DNA of 48,651 nucleotides. Origin: a virus. Taxonomy: Duplodnaviria; Caudoviricetes. The notes under the pieces were generated by a model that saw only the letters and a list, made by a program, of their open reading frames with translations, did no database searches and was not told the origin of the DNA. The number at the start of each line of letters is the position of its first letter. The stretch's first letter is position 1. The stretch is taken from the IMG/VR virus record IMGVR_UViG_3300010376_000047, positions 1 through 48,651 of that record. One strand, given 5' to 3'. A program made the position numbers and the translations under genes. This document shows positions 9,893 to 20,314 of the stretch, in pieces.

Positions 9893-12123
9893 TGGGCTGG
9901 GCATCAGAGTCGATGGCCGAAATCCGGATGGTGCTGACCGGTGCACGCACCGTCGTCGCCGGAATGGCCGCCGCTCGCGAAAGCGTTGCCGGTCTCCGCG
10001 AGGAAGTCGCAGCCTTTGGTCTGACCGCCGAGAGTACAGGTAAGCGATCCTGGCTAATGAACCAGGCGCTGTTCACCATGAGGCGCTACGCCTACATGGG
10101 GACTCTCGCGTTCACCGGCCTGGCCGCTGTAGCGGTCAAATGGGGATACGACTTCAACTCAGCAATGCAGAGCGCGACGACCGCTCTGCTGCCGGTAATG
10201 CACGGCACCGGCGCGGTGAGGACAGAACTGGAGAAGCTGTTCAATATCGCCAAGTACAGCCCGTTCCAGTTCAAGGATCTGACCATCGCGTTCCGGTCAA
10301 TGTACCTGGCGATGCAGCCTCTCGGGATCTCGGCGGCGACGGTGACGACTACGATCCAGTCACTGATCGACGCGCTGTCCGCTACCGGCCGGACTAGCCC
10401 GATGCAGCTCAACCGTGTAGCTGTTGCGCTCCAGCATATGGCGTACCAGGGACGGCTCACCGGCTTCACCGTCAACCAGCTAGCTCGCGACGGCATCCCG
10501 ATCTTCGGCGCTCTGTCGAAGGAGATGGGGATCACCGGAGATCAGCTACACAATATCTCCAAGCTCGGGATCCCGGCGCAGGCGGTACTCGACGCGATCA
10601 ACAAGTACATCGAGACGACGCCTGGCTACATGAACGCGGCCTATCGTCAGGCGCAGACTCTTCACGGTCAGCTAACGACGCTGCGAGACAACATCTCTCA
10701 GACGATGGGCGCGCTAACGCTCGGGAGCTTCAACAAGACGACGACCGGAGTGCTGCCGGCGATCAACAAGATGTTCGACAACATCTCGAAGATCATCGTG
10801 CGGCAGAAGGGCCGGATCTCGATTGCACAGGTGTTCGGCGTCGTTGGTACGAGCTTCCCATGGATGAGGCCGATCATCCAGATCTTCAACGAACTGATCC
10901 AGGTAGTGAGGATCCTTTGGAACGTACTCAAGAACGCGCTGTTGCCTACGCTGGTCGTGATGGGGTACATCTTTGAGTACGCTATCGCGCCCTGGCTGAA
11001 CATCATACTCGGCGGACTCAAGTTCCTGTCGAAGTATTCGTGGGCTCTCGTTCCAGTCCTCACCTTGCTGATCGGCCTATGGGCTGCGAACCGAGCGGTC
11101 ATAATGGCAGTCTACGTGGCCGATAAGCTACTCATCGGAACAGAGATCGTCCTAGACGTTCTCATGGGCCGAGGTAAGGGTCTCATGGTCGCCTATACGC
11201 TCGCGCGGCTGAAGGGAACGAGGATCCTGGATTTGTACCGGATCGCGTCGGGCAAAGCAGCGAGAAACGAGCTAGGCCAGTTCCGCGCTCTCACATACTC
11301 GGAGAAGGCAGCCCGCGCTCTCTTCAAGACGATACAGACACGGCTGATTCCGGCGATTGGAGAACTGAGTGCAGCGGTCTGGGCGTTCCTGACGACCAAC
11401 CCGGTCGGATGGATCATCCTGATCATCGCCGCGATCATCCTCCTCGTTACCGGCCTGGTGATCCTCTACTTCAAGTGGAAGTGGTTCCATAACCTAGTGA
11501 ACACTACCTTCCACTGGATCTGGGAACACTGGAAGCTAATGGCGATCATCCTCGCGTTCATTATGCCGCCGCTCGCGATCCTGCTCGTCACGGTGAGGCT
11601 GCTCTACGATCATTGGGCTCTCTTCGGGAAGCTGATGATGTGGCTCTGGAACTCGATTCTGCGGCCGATCTACAACTGGCTCAAGAACATCTGGAACGAT
11701 CTCGTCGGCTATCTCGCGAAACAGTGGAACGACATCCTCGGGATCGTACGGTCAATCAGTAACTGGTTCAACGGGATCTACAACTGGCTGCTCAAGGTCA
11801 TAAAGAAGTTCAAGGAGATGCTCGGCCTCTGGAAGAAGATCCCAGGAGCCACCTGGTTCGTCGGCGTCGTCAAGGGTGCAGCCGGAGCGATCTCAGGAGC
11901 CGCGTCGGACGTTTGGCACACTCCTGGGATCGGTGTACCGGCTGACCAACCTCACGGCGGCGCGCTACCAACCGCGCAGTCAGCTATAGCTGCGGCGACC
12001 GCTAGCCCATTTGCGAAGAATCCGGCCATCGCTGCTACGATCCATGTCCATACTCATATCGACGGTAAGAAGGTGGCCGAGAGTGTGTCCAAGACGAGAC
12101 TCAAGCATAAGGCTCGCTCGTGA
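9892..12123 (+). CDS. tape measure protein
   Basis: 743 aa; tape-measure N-domain (AKYSPFQFKDL...QLARDGIP), hydrophobic segments and W-periodic repeats. Confidence 0.92.
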   Translation: MGWASESMAEIRMVLTGARTVVAGMAAARESVAGLREEVAAFGLTAESTGKRSWLMNQALFTMRRYAYMGTLAFTGLAAVAVKWGYDFNSAMQSATTALLPVMHGTGAVRTELEKLFNIAKYSPFQFKDLTIAFRSMYLAMQPLGISAATVTTTIQSLIDALSATGRTSPMQLNRVAVALQHMAYQGRLTGFTVNQLARDGIPIFGALSKEMGITGDQLHNISKLGIPAQAVLDAINKYIETTPGYMNAAYRQAQTLHGQLTTLRDNISQTMGALTLGSFNKTTTGVLPAINKMFDNISKIIVRQKGRISIAQVFGVVGTSFPWMRPIIQIFNELIQVVRILWNVLKNALLPTLVVMGYIFEYAIAPWLNIILGGLKFLSKYSWALVPVLTLLIGLWAANRAVIMAVYVADKLLIGTEIVLDVLMGRGKGLMVAYTLARLKGTRILDLYRIASGKAARNELGQFRALTYSEKAARALFKTIQTRLIPAIGELSAAVWAFLTTNPVGWIILIIAAIILLVTGLVILYFKWKWFHNLVNTTFHWIWEHWKLMAIILAFIMPPLAILLVTVRLLYDHWALFGKLMMWLWNSILRPIYNWLKNIWNDLVGYLAKQWNDILGIVRSISNWFNGIYNWLLKVIKKFKEMLGLWKKIPGATWFVGVVKGAAGAISGAASDVWHTPGIGVPADQPHGGALPTAQSAIAAATASPFAKNPAIAATIHVHTHIDGKKVAESVSKTRLKHKARS

Positions 12124-12776
12124 ATCTTCCGACTAGGATCTCCACCAAAGTACCGCCCAGGTATCTGTACACGTTCCGGTCGAGCGCGGGATCGGTCGTC
12201 AAATGCTTCCGGGGCGACAACCCGGCTCAGATCGTTGGCGGCGAAGGCGGCTGGCAGATGATACAGAGACCGCGCCGTACGAGCCTCACTCAGTGGACTG
12301 GTCGGGATCCGTACCAGATGGATGTTCCGATCATCTTCGACGGCTGGCGGTATCAGCAGAGCGTCGAACAGGACATCCGCCACCTACAGAAGATGGCGAT
12401 TGGCGCGGACTTCACACCGCCGCCTACCGTCAAGATTGATGGCGCGCTTCCGGTCGGCGGCGCGACCTGGGTGATCTCTAGCATCGACTGGGGCACCGAA
12501 GTTTTCTGGGCGCAGACTCCGCAGGGTCAGTACTTCCGGCTACGCCAGGATGCTGTCGTTCATCTTATTGAGTTCCAGGACGAACAGCGTCTAAACATTA
12601 CGATCACGAACTCTCTGCCGAACCACTATACCACCCAGGCTAAGAACGAGACGCTCAAGGACATTGCGAAGGCGATGTACGGGAACGGGTCGAAGTGGAA
12701 GGACATCCAGCAGGCGAATCCGAAGATCCGTGATCCGAATCATATCCCCAAGGGCACACAGCTGAGGATCCCGTAA
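12120..12776 (+). CDS. tail tube initiator/baseplate protein with C-terminal LysM
   Basis: ETLKDIAKAMYGNGSKWKDIQQANPKIRDPNHIPKGTQLRIP is a LysM motif. Confidence 0.85.
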   Translation: MNLPTRISTKVPPRYLYTFRSSAGSVVKCFRGDNPAQIVGGEGGWQMIQRPRRTSLTQWTGRDPYQMDVPIIFDGWRYQQSVEQDIRHLQKMAIGADFTPPPTVKIDGALPVGGATWVISSIDWGTEVFWAQTPQGQYFRLRQDAVVHLIEFQDEQRLNITITNSLPNHYTTQAKNETLKDIAKAMYGNGSKWKDIQQANPKIRDPNHIPKGTQLRIP

Positions 12777-15019
12777 TGGCACCCAAGAAGTCCGGAGTCA
12801 CCGCCGTCCAGAAGCTGGAGCTATCGAAGCTCAACCAGAACGAGATCCAGCGCGAGTTGATGGGGAAGGATCTCGACCTTGAGAAGCTCGTCGTCTACCT
12901 CAAAAGCACAATCCTCTTCGACTCGGTGGATCGGGTGATCGACGTTCAGGTCAACCGTACGCTCGACGGCGCGAGTACCATCGACGTCACCTTGAACGAC
13001 TACGACCGCTCAATCATACGCAGCTGGGCGATCAACGCGAAGCTCGACGTACAAGTTGACGGATTGTGGTTCCGTCTCGTCTCATGCTCCAAGAACGCGA
13101 CGGACGATAACCTTCAACTAACGTTTGAGCAGCGCGAGATCGCTCTGCTGCGAAGCTATCCGAAACCGGACACTACCAACTACACCTTTGAGAACGCGAA
13201 GAAGTGGGTCAAATGGGCGAACCGCGATCACACGACGCGAGCCGAGTTCGTCCTCAACCTGATTCGCGAGGTCAAAGAAGTGGATATCCCGGTAGTGATC
13301 CCGCATCTACACCAGGTGCAGCCGATCTCTAAGGCGGCGGATCTTGGAACGCCTGGAGGCAACGGCTACCAAGCTCCTACGGTCGCGAGCGCGGGCGGGA
13401 TCCCGGCCGACTACAACACGAATGTGAAGCGCCGGAAGCACAAGCTGAAGGCGATAGGGCCGGGCAAAGGAGCTACTAAGGATACATATACGGTGACGCG
13501 GCCTGCGGGACAATCGGCGGACAGCGGGCCGCTCACCGTCAAGCATGTCCGAGCTACGCGCTCGCAGATCCAGAACGCGAATACGATCCTGACCGTCGCC
13601 GGGAATATGGGCGCTCGACGGAAGGTGATGGTCTGCGCGATTATGACTGCGATCCAGGAATCTGATCTTCAGAACCTCGCGGGCGGCGATGGTACCAGCG
13701 TCGGTCTCTTCCAGCAGATCGACACAGGCTGGGGTAGCTACGCCGACCGCCATGACCCGGCTACGGCAGCCGGTATGTTTCTGAAGCAGTGCATCAACGA
13801 CGACCGTGGCCAGCCCGGTCTCTCGTTCAACGATCTCTGCCAAACCGTGCAGCGCTCGGGCCATCCCGATCTCTACGGACAATGGCGATGGGAAGCGGAG
13901 CGAATCACGAGTGCGTTCGGGATTCCACCCGGCGGCGAGGGTAACGCGGAGACGGGCGGAGCGCCTGGAAGCGATAGTACAACCGAAGGCAACTCCGCTA
14001 CGGCGAATGCAATGGGCCAAACCTGGACGAGTATCGCGAGCGAGGGTGGCTACTTCTACTACAGAGGAATCCCGCCGACTCGCAATCGCGGCTGGTGGAA
14101 GCGTGAGGATAACTGGACGTGCATCCAGCGGCTCGCTCAGGAAGTCGGCTGGCGCGCGTTCTTCATCGGCGGTGTCTTCTACTTCCTGGACGACAACGAT
14201 CTGTTCAAGACGCAGCCCATCGCGACGATCAACGAAGAGACTCCCGGCGTCATGGGGATCGGCTTCGACTATGACGTAGGGAGAAAGGGCGCGACCGTTG
14301 ACTTGCCTTGCCAGGTAGGGTTGTGGCTCGCTCCGCCAGGTTCTCTGATCGTGCTTACCGATATGGGGCCGCTGGAAGGTCGATGGCTCGTCAACTCGTT
14401 CACCAGATCTCTCTTCAGCGACAATGCCGACATCCAGCTAGTGAAGCCGCAACCGAAGCTCCAGGAGCCTGCGACCGAGACATTCACCCTTCCGACCTGG
14501 GCAGCTGGAAGCGGGAACGCGGCTGCTGCGGTTCAGACCGATCCCAACCAGGCAGCGTTTGGCGGCATCCCAGGAATGAACAACGGCGACCGCGCTTCCA
14601 TCGTAGCGGTGGCGAAGCGCGCTCTGGCCGAGCAGCAGAAGTGGCCGTACAGATATGCCGAGGTTCGGCCATATCCCTCGACGCTTTGGAGCAAGGCGGC
14701 GCACGATACCACTGGGATCGACTGCTCATCGTTCGCGACGCTCTGCTACAAAGAGGCTGGCTGTCCGGATCCGAACGGGCCGAGCTACGACTACAACGGC
14801 CAGGGCAATACGATCTCGCTAGGCAACTCTCCCATCGGTCATCCTACTGCGGTGCCCTCTCCTGGTGACATCGTTCTGTATGGGCCGATGGGAGCATCCT
14901 TCCACGCCGCCGTCTATATCGGCGACAACAAGTGCATCGAGATCGGCTCGTCCATCGGTATCCATGAGACCCAGTTCGGAGAATACTCTCAGTACACCGT
15001 CATGAGCTACCTCAAATGA
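12776..15019 (+). CDS. baseplate hub / tail lysin with lysozyme-like and NlpC/P60 domains
   Basis: IMTAIQESDL...SVGLFQQ...GWG (lysozyme-like); GIDCSSF...PGDIVLY...HAAVYIG (NlpC/P60). Confidence 0.85.
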   Translation: MAPKKSGVTAVQKLELSKLNQNEIQRELMGKDLDLEKLVVYLKSTILFDSVDRVIDVQVNRTLDGASTIDVTLNDYDRSIIRSWAINAKLDVQVDGLWFRLVSCSKNATDDNLQLTFEQREIALLRSYPKPDTTNYTFENAKKWVKWANRDHTTRAEFVLNLIREVKEVDIPVVIPHLHQVQPISKAADLGTPGGNGYQAPTVASAGGIPADYNTNVKRRKHKLKAIGPGKGATKDTYTVTRPAGQSADSGPLTVKHVRATRSQIQNANTILTVAGNMGARRKVMVCAIMTAIQESDLQNLAGGDGTSVGLFQQIDTGWGSYADRHDPATAAGMFLKQCINDDRGQPGLSFNDLCQTVQRSGHPDLYGQWRWEAERITSAFGIPPGGEGNAETGGAPGSDSTTEGNSATANAMGQTWTSIASEGGYFYYRGIPPTRNRGWWKREDNWTCIQRLAQEVGWRAFFIGGVFYFLDDNDLFKTQPIATINEETPGVMGIGFDYDVGRKGATVDLPCQVGLWLAPPGSLIVLTDMGPLEGRWLVNSFTRSLFSDNADIQLVKPQPKLQEPATETFTLPTWAAGSGNAAAAVQTDPNQAAFGGIPGMNNGDRASIVAVAKRALAEQQKWPYRYAEVRPYPSTLWSKAAHDTTGIDCSSFATLCYKEAGCPDPNGPSYDYNGQGNTISLGNSPIGHPTAVPSPGDIVLYGPMGASFHAAVYIGDNKCIEIGSSIGIHETQFGEYSQYTVMSYLK

Positions 15020-15792
15020 GCGACATCTTCCAGGACACCCGCGATCCCGAAGTTTCACTCGGGCAGATCTACACCGGGGTGATCGTTCAGCCTCCGATCA
15101 CGTTCCGCTCGATGATGGCCGTCGTTATTCCGGACATGCATCCGGATCTCGTTCATCATAACGTGAAGTGGCAGGCTCGGGACAATATGTCGTTCCCGCA
15201 GATCGAAGACAAGGTTCTGGTGATCTTCGATAACAACAACGATCTCTGGGCGGTCGCTTGGTGGCCGGCTGAGCGCAATCCGATGATGTCGATTGGCGAC
15301 ATCTCGGACGGGCCGCCAGCCGACTGTGTAGATGGGGACATCTGGTACGCGAATGTGGGCAACGGGATCCGATGGCAGTTCCAGTACAACGCCGAGTCGT
15401 CGTCTCCATACAAGTGGGAGTTCGTAGGAGGCAGTGATCTTGAAGTAGACGCGACCGCTGACTACACCATCCCGAATGGGTGGGCTGCTGCTCCCGCTCC
15501 GAGGCTGACCATTCCGCGCGATGGGGACTACGCAGTTCAGTCATTCCTCGACTGGACGCAGGCCGTTAGTAACAACGACATCGATGTCTGGCACAGTCCA
15601 GGAATCGGTAGCGCGATCTCGGGATCAGCGAACCTGATCAACAGGAGCACGAATGACGGTGTAGCGACGAACAGAAACGTCACTACCATAACCGGAACGC
15701 CGGTCGATTTGCGGTACTGGATGTACGGCAGCGCGGCGGGTGTCGTAGCAAAGAGGCGTTATCTAATCGCCAAACCTGTGAGGATCACATGA
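15016..15792 (+). CDS. baseplate spike (gpV-like) with C-terminal extension
   Basis: PQIEDKVLVIFDNNN resembles the gpV OB-fold motif; follows the hub gene. Confidence 0.65.
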   Translation: MSDIFQDTRDPEVSLGQIYTGVIVQPPITFRSMMAVVIPDMHPDLVHHNVKWQARDNMSFPQIEDKVLVIFDNNNDLWAVAWWPAERNPMMSIGDISDGPPADCVDGDIWYANVGNGIRWQFQYNAESSSPYKWEFVGGSDLEVDATADYTIPNGWAAAPAPRLTIPRDGDYAVQSFLDWTQAVSNNDIDVWHSPGIGSAISGSANLINRSTNDGVATNRNVTTITGTPVDLRYWMYGSAAGVVAKRRYLIAKPVRIT

Positions 15793-16112
15793 CCGACGTA
15801 CCGCATTTCTCTCTACCGTTCCAGTTGAGCAAGAACGGAGCGCCGGTAGTCGAGCAGGACAGTATCGACGACATCGTGAACTGTGTCATCGCGATCTCCG
15901 CGACTCACATCGGCTGGCGCACCGAAGCTCCGACATTCGGCCTGCCAGATCTCGGGATGCGTCGCCTACCGCTCGGCGCGGAGGATATCAACAACTGGAT
16001 CGCCAATCAGGAGCCTCGTGCTCTGCTCACCGTCGAGGAGAGACCTGATACGGTCGATACTCTCATCGATCACATCAACGTCGGAATCTCAATCGTGTCG
16101 AAGGGAGGATAG
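15789..16112 (+). CDS. gp25/GpW-like baseplate wedge protein
   Basis: HFSLPF...EQDS...THIGWR..PTFG...EPR motif. Confidence 0.8.
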   Translation: MTDVPHFSLPFQLSKNGAPVVEQDSIDDIVNCVIAISATHIGWRTEAPTFGLPDLGMRRLPLGAEDINNWIANQEPRALLTVEERPDTVDTLIDHINVGISIVSKGG

Positions 16113-17302
16113 TGAGCGGCTACATCGAGTACCCGATTGACTCAGATCCGGCTGACATCCTGACGGAAGCGTACGCGACGATCAAGGACAAGGTACCGGA
16201 GTGGGTCGAGAACGACGGCAACCTCGATACCTGGATCCTTCAGATCACCGCGTCGGAGGCGTCCGATCTGATGAGTCTAGCGCAGGATGTGCCGGATACG
16301 ATCTTCAAGTGGTACGGAGCGAACATCATCGGCCTCCAGCCGATTGACTCGACTTCTGCGCTCGTCGGATCTACCTGGACGATGATCGACGGTCAGGGCT
16401 ACTTCATCCCGGCCGGTACTCAGGTTGCGATTCGGGATAGCTCGGGAGTCGATCATGCCTTTCTGACTCAGGTCGATACGGTTATCCCTGCTGGTCAGAC
16501 TGCGACATCCGTGGGCGGGGTTACGCTCGCGTCGGTGGAGACGGGATCGGCGCTCTCAGGTCTGGGTAGCGATGGCTACGTCGCGCCGTTGATCGACACT
16601 CTCTCATTCGTTCAGTCTGTCGTCCTCACCGGAGCTACGGCGGGCGGTCAGGATGCCGAGCTATCGAGCGACTACAACAACCGGCTCGCGCGTAAGCTCC
16701 AACGCCTATCGCAGCGCCCGGTGCTCGCGTCTGACTACTCTTTGGCTGCGCTCGACGTCACCGGCGTCTATCGCTCAGTCGCGCTCGACGGGTTCAATCC
16801 TGGCGACGGAACCTTCAACAATCAGAGAATGGTCGGGATCGCGGCGGTCGATCAGAACGGCGTACCGATCTCTGGCGGAGTCAAAGCGAACCTCGATGCC
16901 TATCTCCAGTCGATGCGCGAGATCAACTTCATCGTAAACGTCTTCGATCCGACGGTGACTCAGATCGACGTTACCTTCAACGTGAAATGTCTCGTCGGCT
17001 ACACCCAATCTGTCGTCCAGGCGAACGCGGTACAGCGGGTGACTGACTACCTGAGCGCGGCCAACTGGGGTAAGGATCCGACGATCACAGATGTGACGAT
17101 AGCGGCACAGTCCTGGGTCGAGACGCCCATCGTCTACTACAACAAGATCCTGAATGTTCTCGGTCAGGCCGACGGTGTAGACCGGGTGCTCTCGATGACA
17201 ATGGGGATTCACGGAAGCTCGCTCGGAACGGTTGACATCAACCTACCGGGTCACGCCTGTTTGACGAGTCCGGCGACGATCAACGGAACGGCGACCCCAT
17301 GA
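16112..17302 (+). CDS. baseplate J-like protein
   Basis: IPAGTQV, ATAGGQDAE...YNNRL, DY...ALDVTGV motifs. Confidence 0.9.
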   Translation: MSGYIEYPIDSDPADILTEAYATIKDKVPEWVENDGNLDTWILQITASEASDLMSLAQDVPDTIFKWYGANIIGLQPIDSTSALVGSTWTMIDGQGYFIPAGTQVAIRDSSGVDHAFLTQVDTVIPAGQTATSVGGVTLASVETGSALSGLGSDGYVAPLIDTLSFVQSVVLTGATAGGQDAELSSDYNNRLARKLQRLSQRPVLASDYSLAALDVTGVYRSVALDGFNPGDGTFNNQRMVGIAAVDQNGVPISGGVKANLDAYLQSMREINFIVNVFDPTVTQIDVTFNVKCLVGYTQSVVQANAVQRVTDYLSAANWGKDPTITDVTIAAQSWVETPIVYYNKILNVLGQADGVDRVLSMTMGIHGSSLGTVDINLPGHACLTSPATINGTATP

Positions 17303-17934
17303 GTAGCTACGGCTGGCCGGTCGGAGATGTCACCACTCGGCTGTACGACAACCTGTACCCGCTCACAGGCGCAGAAGCTCGGCTCGGCTGGCCGCTACTC
17401 GCGTTCATCGATACGATTGGCCAGATGTTCCAGCCCGCCGCCACGCTCGTGTCGAACGGGCCGAACGGCGAGCCTGGGTGGTCTATCGTTCTCGACATCA
17501 ACCGGATCCCCGACGAGGGATTGGACTGGCTCGGGCAGTTCATTGGAGCGCACTTCTACCAGGGTATCACCGCTGCGCAGAAACGGCAACAGATTCGCGA
17601 TCATATCGTCTGGCAGCGCGGTACGGCTGCGTCGATCATCGCGGCCATCCGTCTCTTCCTGACCGGGACTCAGACAGTTCAGCTCAACGAGCGGGACACT
17701 AGCCCGTATCATTTCCTCGCTACCATCTGGGCTTCAGAAGCTCCGACCGATACTAGCCCTACGTCGGCGCTCGTGAGATATGTCAACCAGTTCGCGAAAC
17801 CGGCCGGTCTGCAGTGGACTCTGACTGTCAACCCCGGCGCACCGCCGGCAACCACCTACGGGAACATCTACACTCGCGGCGATACCTACCTGTACGACTA
17901 CAACACCTTCCAGACGTACGCGGACATCCACTAG
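17299..17934 (+). CDS. baseplate wedge / P2 gpI-like tail protein
   Basis: LDWLGQFIG, RGTAASIIAAI, KPAGL motifs. Confidence 0.8.
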   Translation: MSSYGWPVGDVTTRLYDNLYPLTGAEARLGWPLLAFIDTIGQMFQPAATLVSNGPNGEPGWSIVLDINRIPDEGLDWLGQFIGAHFYQGITAAQKRQQIRDHIVWQRGTAASIIAAIRLFLTGTQTVQLNERDTSPYHFLATIWASEAPTDTSPTSALVRYVNQFAKPAGLQWTLTVNPGAPPATTYGNIYTRGDTYLYDYNTFQTYADIH

Positions 17935-17941
17935 GAGGGCC

Positions 17942-18652
17942 ATGCAGACTACAACCAGACGCGGGATTCAATATCCCAGTGCAGATCGGAGCGACCGCGC
18001 CGACATTGCCCTTCATATTGGGAACGTCGCGACCGCTCTGGACGTAGATGTACTGTTCAACCAGGGCACCGACGCGGCTCGCGCAGCGGCTCCGCACCAG
18101 ACCGGCGGCGGTCGGTACTGGTGGACGACCGATACGCACATCATGTGGTACGACGACGGTACCAACTGGTACACCGTCGGCTCGATTGCGGCCGGTGCGA
18201 TCACGTCGGCTCTGATCCAGGACGGGACGATTGTCGATGCTGACATCGCGCTCGCGGCCGGGATCCAGATCAGCAAGCTCGCCGGGTACCCGAACGATCC
18301 CACGAAGGTTCTGTACGCGAACGGACAATGGGCCGTTCCGGTTATGGCTGGCGTCAACCAGAGAACGGCCAGCTATACTCTAACCCTCCCCGATAACAAC
18401 GGCCTGGTCGAGATGAACGTAGCCGCAGCAAATCAAGTCACTATCCCGCCCGACTCTACCGCGAGCTTCCCGCTCGGGTCAGAAGTGACCATTGCGCAGT
18501 TCGGCGCGGGACAGACGCAGATCGTAGCCGGATCCGGCGTAACGCTCCGAGGCTACAACAACAACTTCCGGCTCGCCGGTCAGTCGGCGGTCGCCGCCGT
18601 GATCAAGCGCGCCGCCAACGACTGGTACGCGGCGGGGAACCTAGTGCCATGA
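17942..18652 (+). CDS. tail fibre protein
   Basis: TTRRGIQYP N-terminal baseplate anchor; C-terminal YTLTL.D...FPLGSEVTIAQFGAGQ...W...GNL domain. Confidence 0.7.
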   Translation: MQTTTRRGIQYPSADRSDRADIALHIGNVATALDVDVLFNQGTDAARAAAPHQTGGGRYWWTTDTHIMWYDDGTNWYTVGSIAAGAITSALIQDGTIVDADIALAAGIQISKLAGYPNDPTKVLYANGQWAVPVMAGVNQRTASYTLTLPDNNGLVEMNVAAANQVTIPPDSTASFPLGSEVTIAQFGAGQTQIVAGSGVTLRGYNNNFRLAGQSAVAAVIKRAANDWYAAGNLVP

Positions 18653-19677
18653 GTCCTAGCTCGCCAGCCGTTCTCAGCGTCGATAGAGTTCTGCCGGCAG
18701 TAGCCATCACTAGTCCTGGTGGCGGGAACGTCACCGGGACAATCACCCTCGCGGCGAACGCCTCTGACAACGACGCGATCTCGTCTGTTCAGTTCCGCGT
18801 CGATGGCACGGTTCTGGGGACGGTATCGAGCGCGCCGTTCCAGATGAGTTGGGACACGACCACTATCGCGAACGGCGGCCATACGATCTACGCGATTGCG
18901 ACGGATCGAGTCGGCAATCAGCGGACGACTCAGGTATCCATCAATGTCGCGAACGTTCCTGCGATCAACTTCTACTCGCCGGGGAACGGAGCTACGGTCA
19001 ACGGCAACATGACGCTCGCTGCGTACGTGACGCAGTACAGCAGCGGAGTCAGCGTCTGGTTCGACGTTGACGGGTCGAACATCTACGGGTATCGAGCGGG
19101 TACCGGCTACTACAACGTGGCCTACGATACTCACAACCTCGGGGTCGGCTGGCATACGATCACCTGTCGTACCCAGGATGACAACGGCAATACGTCTCGT
19201 GTAGACTACAGCGTGTACTGTAACAACTCACCACCTGCGGCTGGCACAGTTATGCTCGGAGATCACTGTTACTGGGACGGGGATGGATGGGACAACTACC
19301 GCCATAGCCCGCCCGCTTACGACGGTACTGGGGACACTTGGATCTGGTCGGGTACCGGAGCCAAGTTCACCCCGGTCTATCTACCGAGCAACCCGGATCC
19401 GGCTCACTACCAGATGAGGGTCTGGTGCCACGTCGAGAGAATCGAAGGAGGCTCGGATGGCAACCAATGCTATCTTGACTTCCAAATCGGCGGAGTAGTG
19501 GGATGGACAACCGTCTGGCAGAACGGCCCGCAATACACGAACATTGGGCCTCTATGGAACGTCGGCGGCGGCAACGACTGTTACGCGAAGTGGTGGTGTT
19601 CTTCACCGGGATGGAACACCTGCTTCTGTATTGGGATCGGGTTCTACTACGACTTCGTGCCGAGGTACGCTTCATGA
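18649..19677 (+). CDS. Ig-like (Big) domain virion/receptor-binding protein
   Basis: Two Ig repeats (AITSP...SVQFRVDG...WDTT..ANGGHTI.A.ATD) plus a W/C-rich C-terminal domain. Confidence 0.8.
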   Translation: MSPSSPAVLSVDRVLPAVAITSPGGGNVTGTITLAANASDNDAISSVQFRVDGTVLGTVSSAPFQMSWDTTTIANGGHTIYAIATDRVGNQRTTQVSINVANVPAINFYSPGNGATVNGNMTLAAYVTQYSSGVSVWFDVDGSNIYGYRAGTGYYNVAYDTHNLGVGWHTITCRTQDDNGNTSRVDYSVYCNNSPPAAGTVMLGDHCYWDGDGWDNYRHSPPAYDGTGDTWIWSGTGAKFTPVYLPSNPDPAHYQMRVWCHVERIEGGSDGNQCYLDFQIGGVVGWTTVWQNGPQYTNIGPLWNVGGGNDCYAKWWCSSPGWNTCFCIGIGFYYDFVPRYAS

Positions 19678-19805
19678 CTACTGAAGAACAGAAGTTCAAC
19701 AAGGAGTTGCTAGAGAAGCTCGATAGCCTGCTGTCGATCTTAGGTAGAATAGCGCAGGCTATCGAGAAGGAGATCGAACTCAGTACCCAGGATGATGATG
19801 CATGA
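19674..19805 (+). CDS. small coiled-coil hypothetical protein
   Basis: ATGA overlap with the upstream stop; MTTEEQKFNKELLEKLD..., 43 aa. Confidence 0.5.
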   Translation: MTTEEQKFNKELLEKLDSLLSILGRIAQAIEKEIELSTQDDDA

Positions 19806-20019
19806 TGTCATACTCGCGGAGATCAACGGAGACGTACTCGCGGCTGCAGCAGCATTCATCTCCGGAATCGGCAGTGTGCTAACCGGCTGGCTCGCGCTCC
19901 GTTATGAAGCCAAGCGTAGCGACAGGAACTGCCAGGAGCGCATACAGGCCTTCATGGACGGACTAGATACGCGCGACCGATACCTCAAGACAGACAAGGG
20001 GGTGCTGAAGGATGAGTAA
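19792..20019 (+). CDS. small single-TM membrane protein (holin-like candidate)
   Basis: Hydrophobic VLAAAAAFISGIGSVLTGWLAL followed by a charged tail. Confidence 0.55.
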   Translation: MMMHDVILAEINGDVLAAAAAFISGIGSVLTGWLALRYEAKRSDRNCQERIQAFMDGLDTRDRYLKTDKGVLKDE

Positions 20020-20314
20020 GTGGAGAACTTGGCTGTTGTTAGGAGCGAGCGGAGTGCTCGCTGCGAGCGCAGGCTACTTCGCGTCAGGCGTCTTGGGGTC
20101 TGCTTTCCAAGCTCCCACACAGACGGTCACGATTGACGTCGGGCAAGGATCGACGGGAGCAACGGGGCCAGCTGGGCCTGCCGGCCCGCCTGGGCCGAAG
20201 GGTGACCCCGGAACGCCTGGAGCCGAGAGTTGTCCGACCGGCTCGACGTTCAAAGCAGTTACGTTCAATACTCCTGGCGGGCACACGACAATCTGGACGT
20301 GTGTCGCAGGATGA
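20012..20314 (+). CDS. membrane-anchored/secreted collagen-like protein
   Basis: N-terminal hydrophobic segment, Gly-X-Y repeats, C-terminal Cys pair. Confidence 0.7.
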   Translation: MSKWRTWLLLGASGVLAASAGYFASGVLGSAFQAPTQTVTIDVGQGSTGATGPAGPAGPPGPKGDPGTPGAESCPTGSTFKAVTFNTPGGHTTIWTCVAG

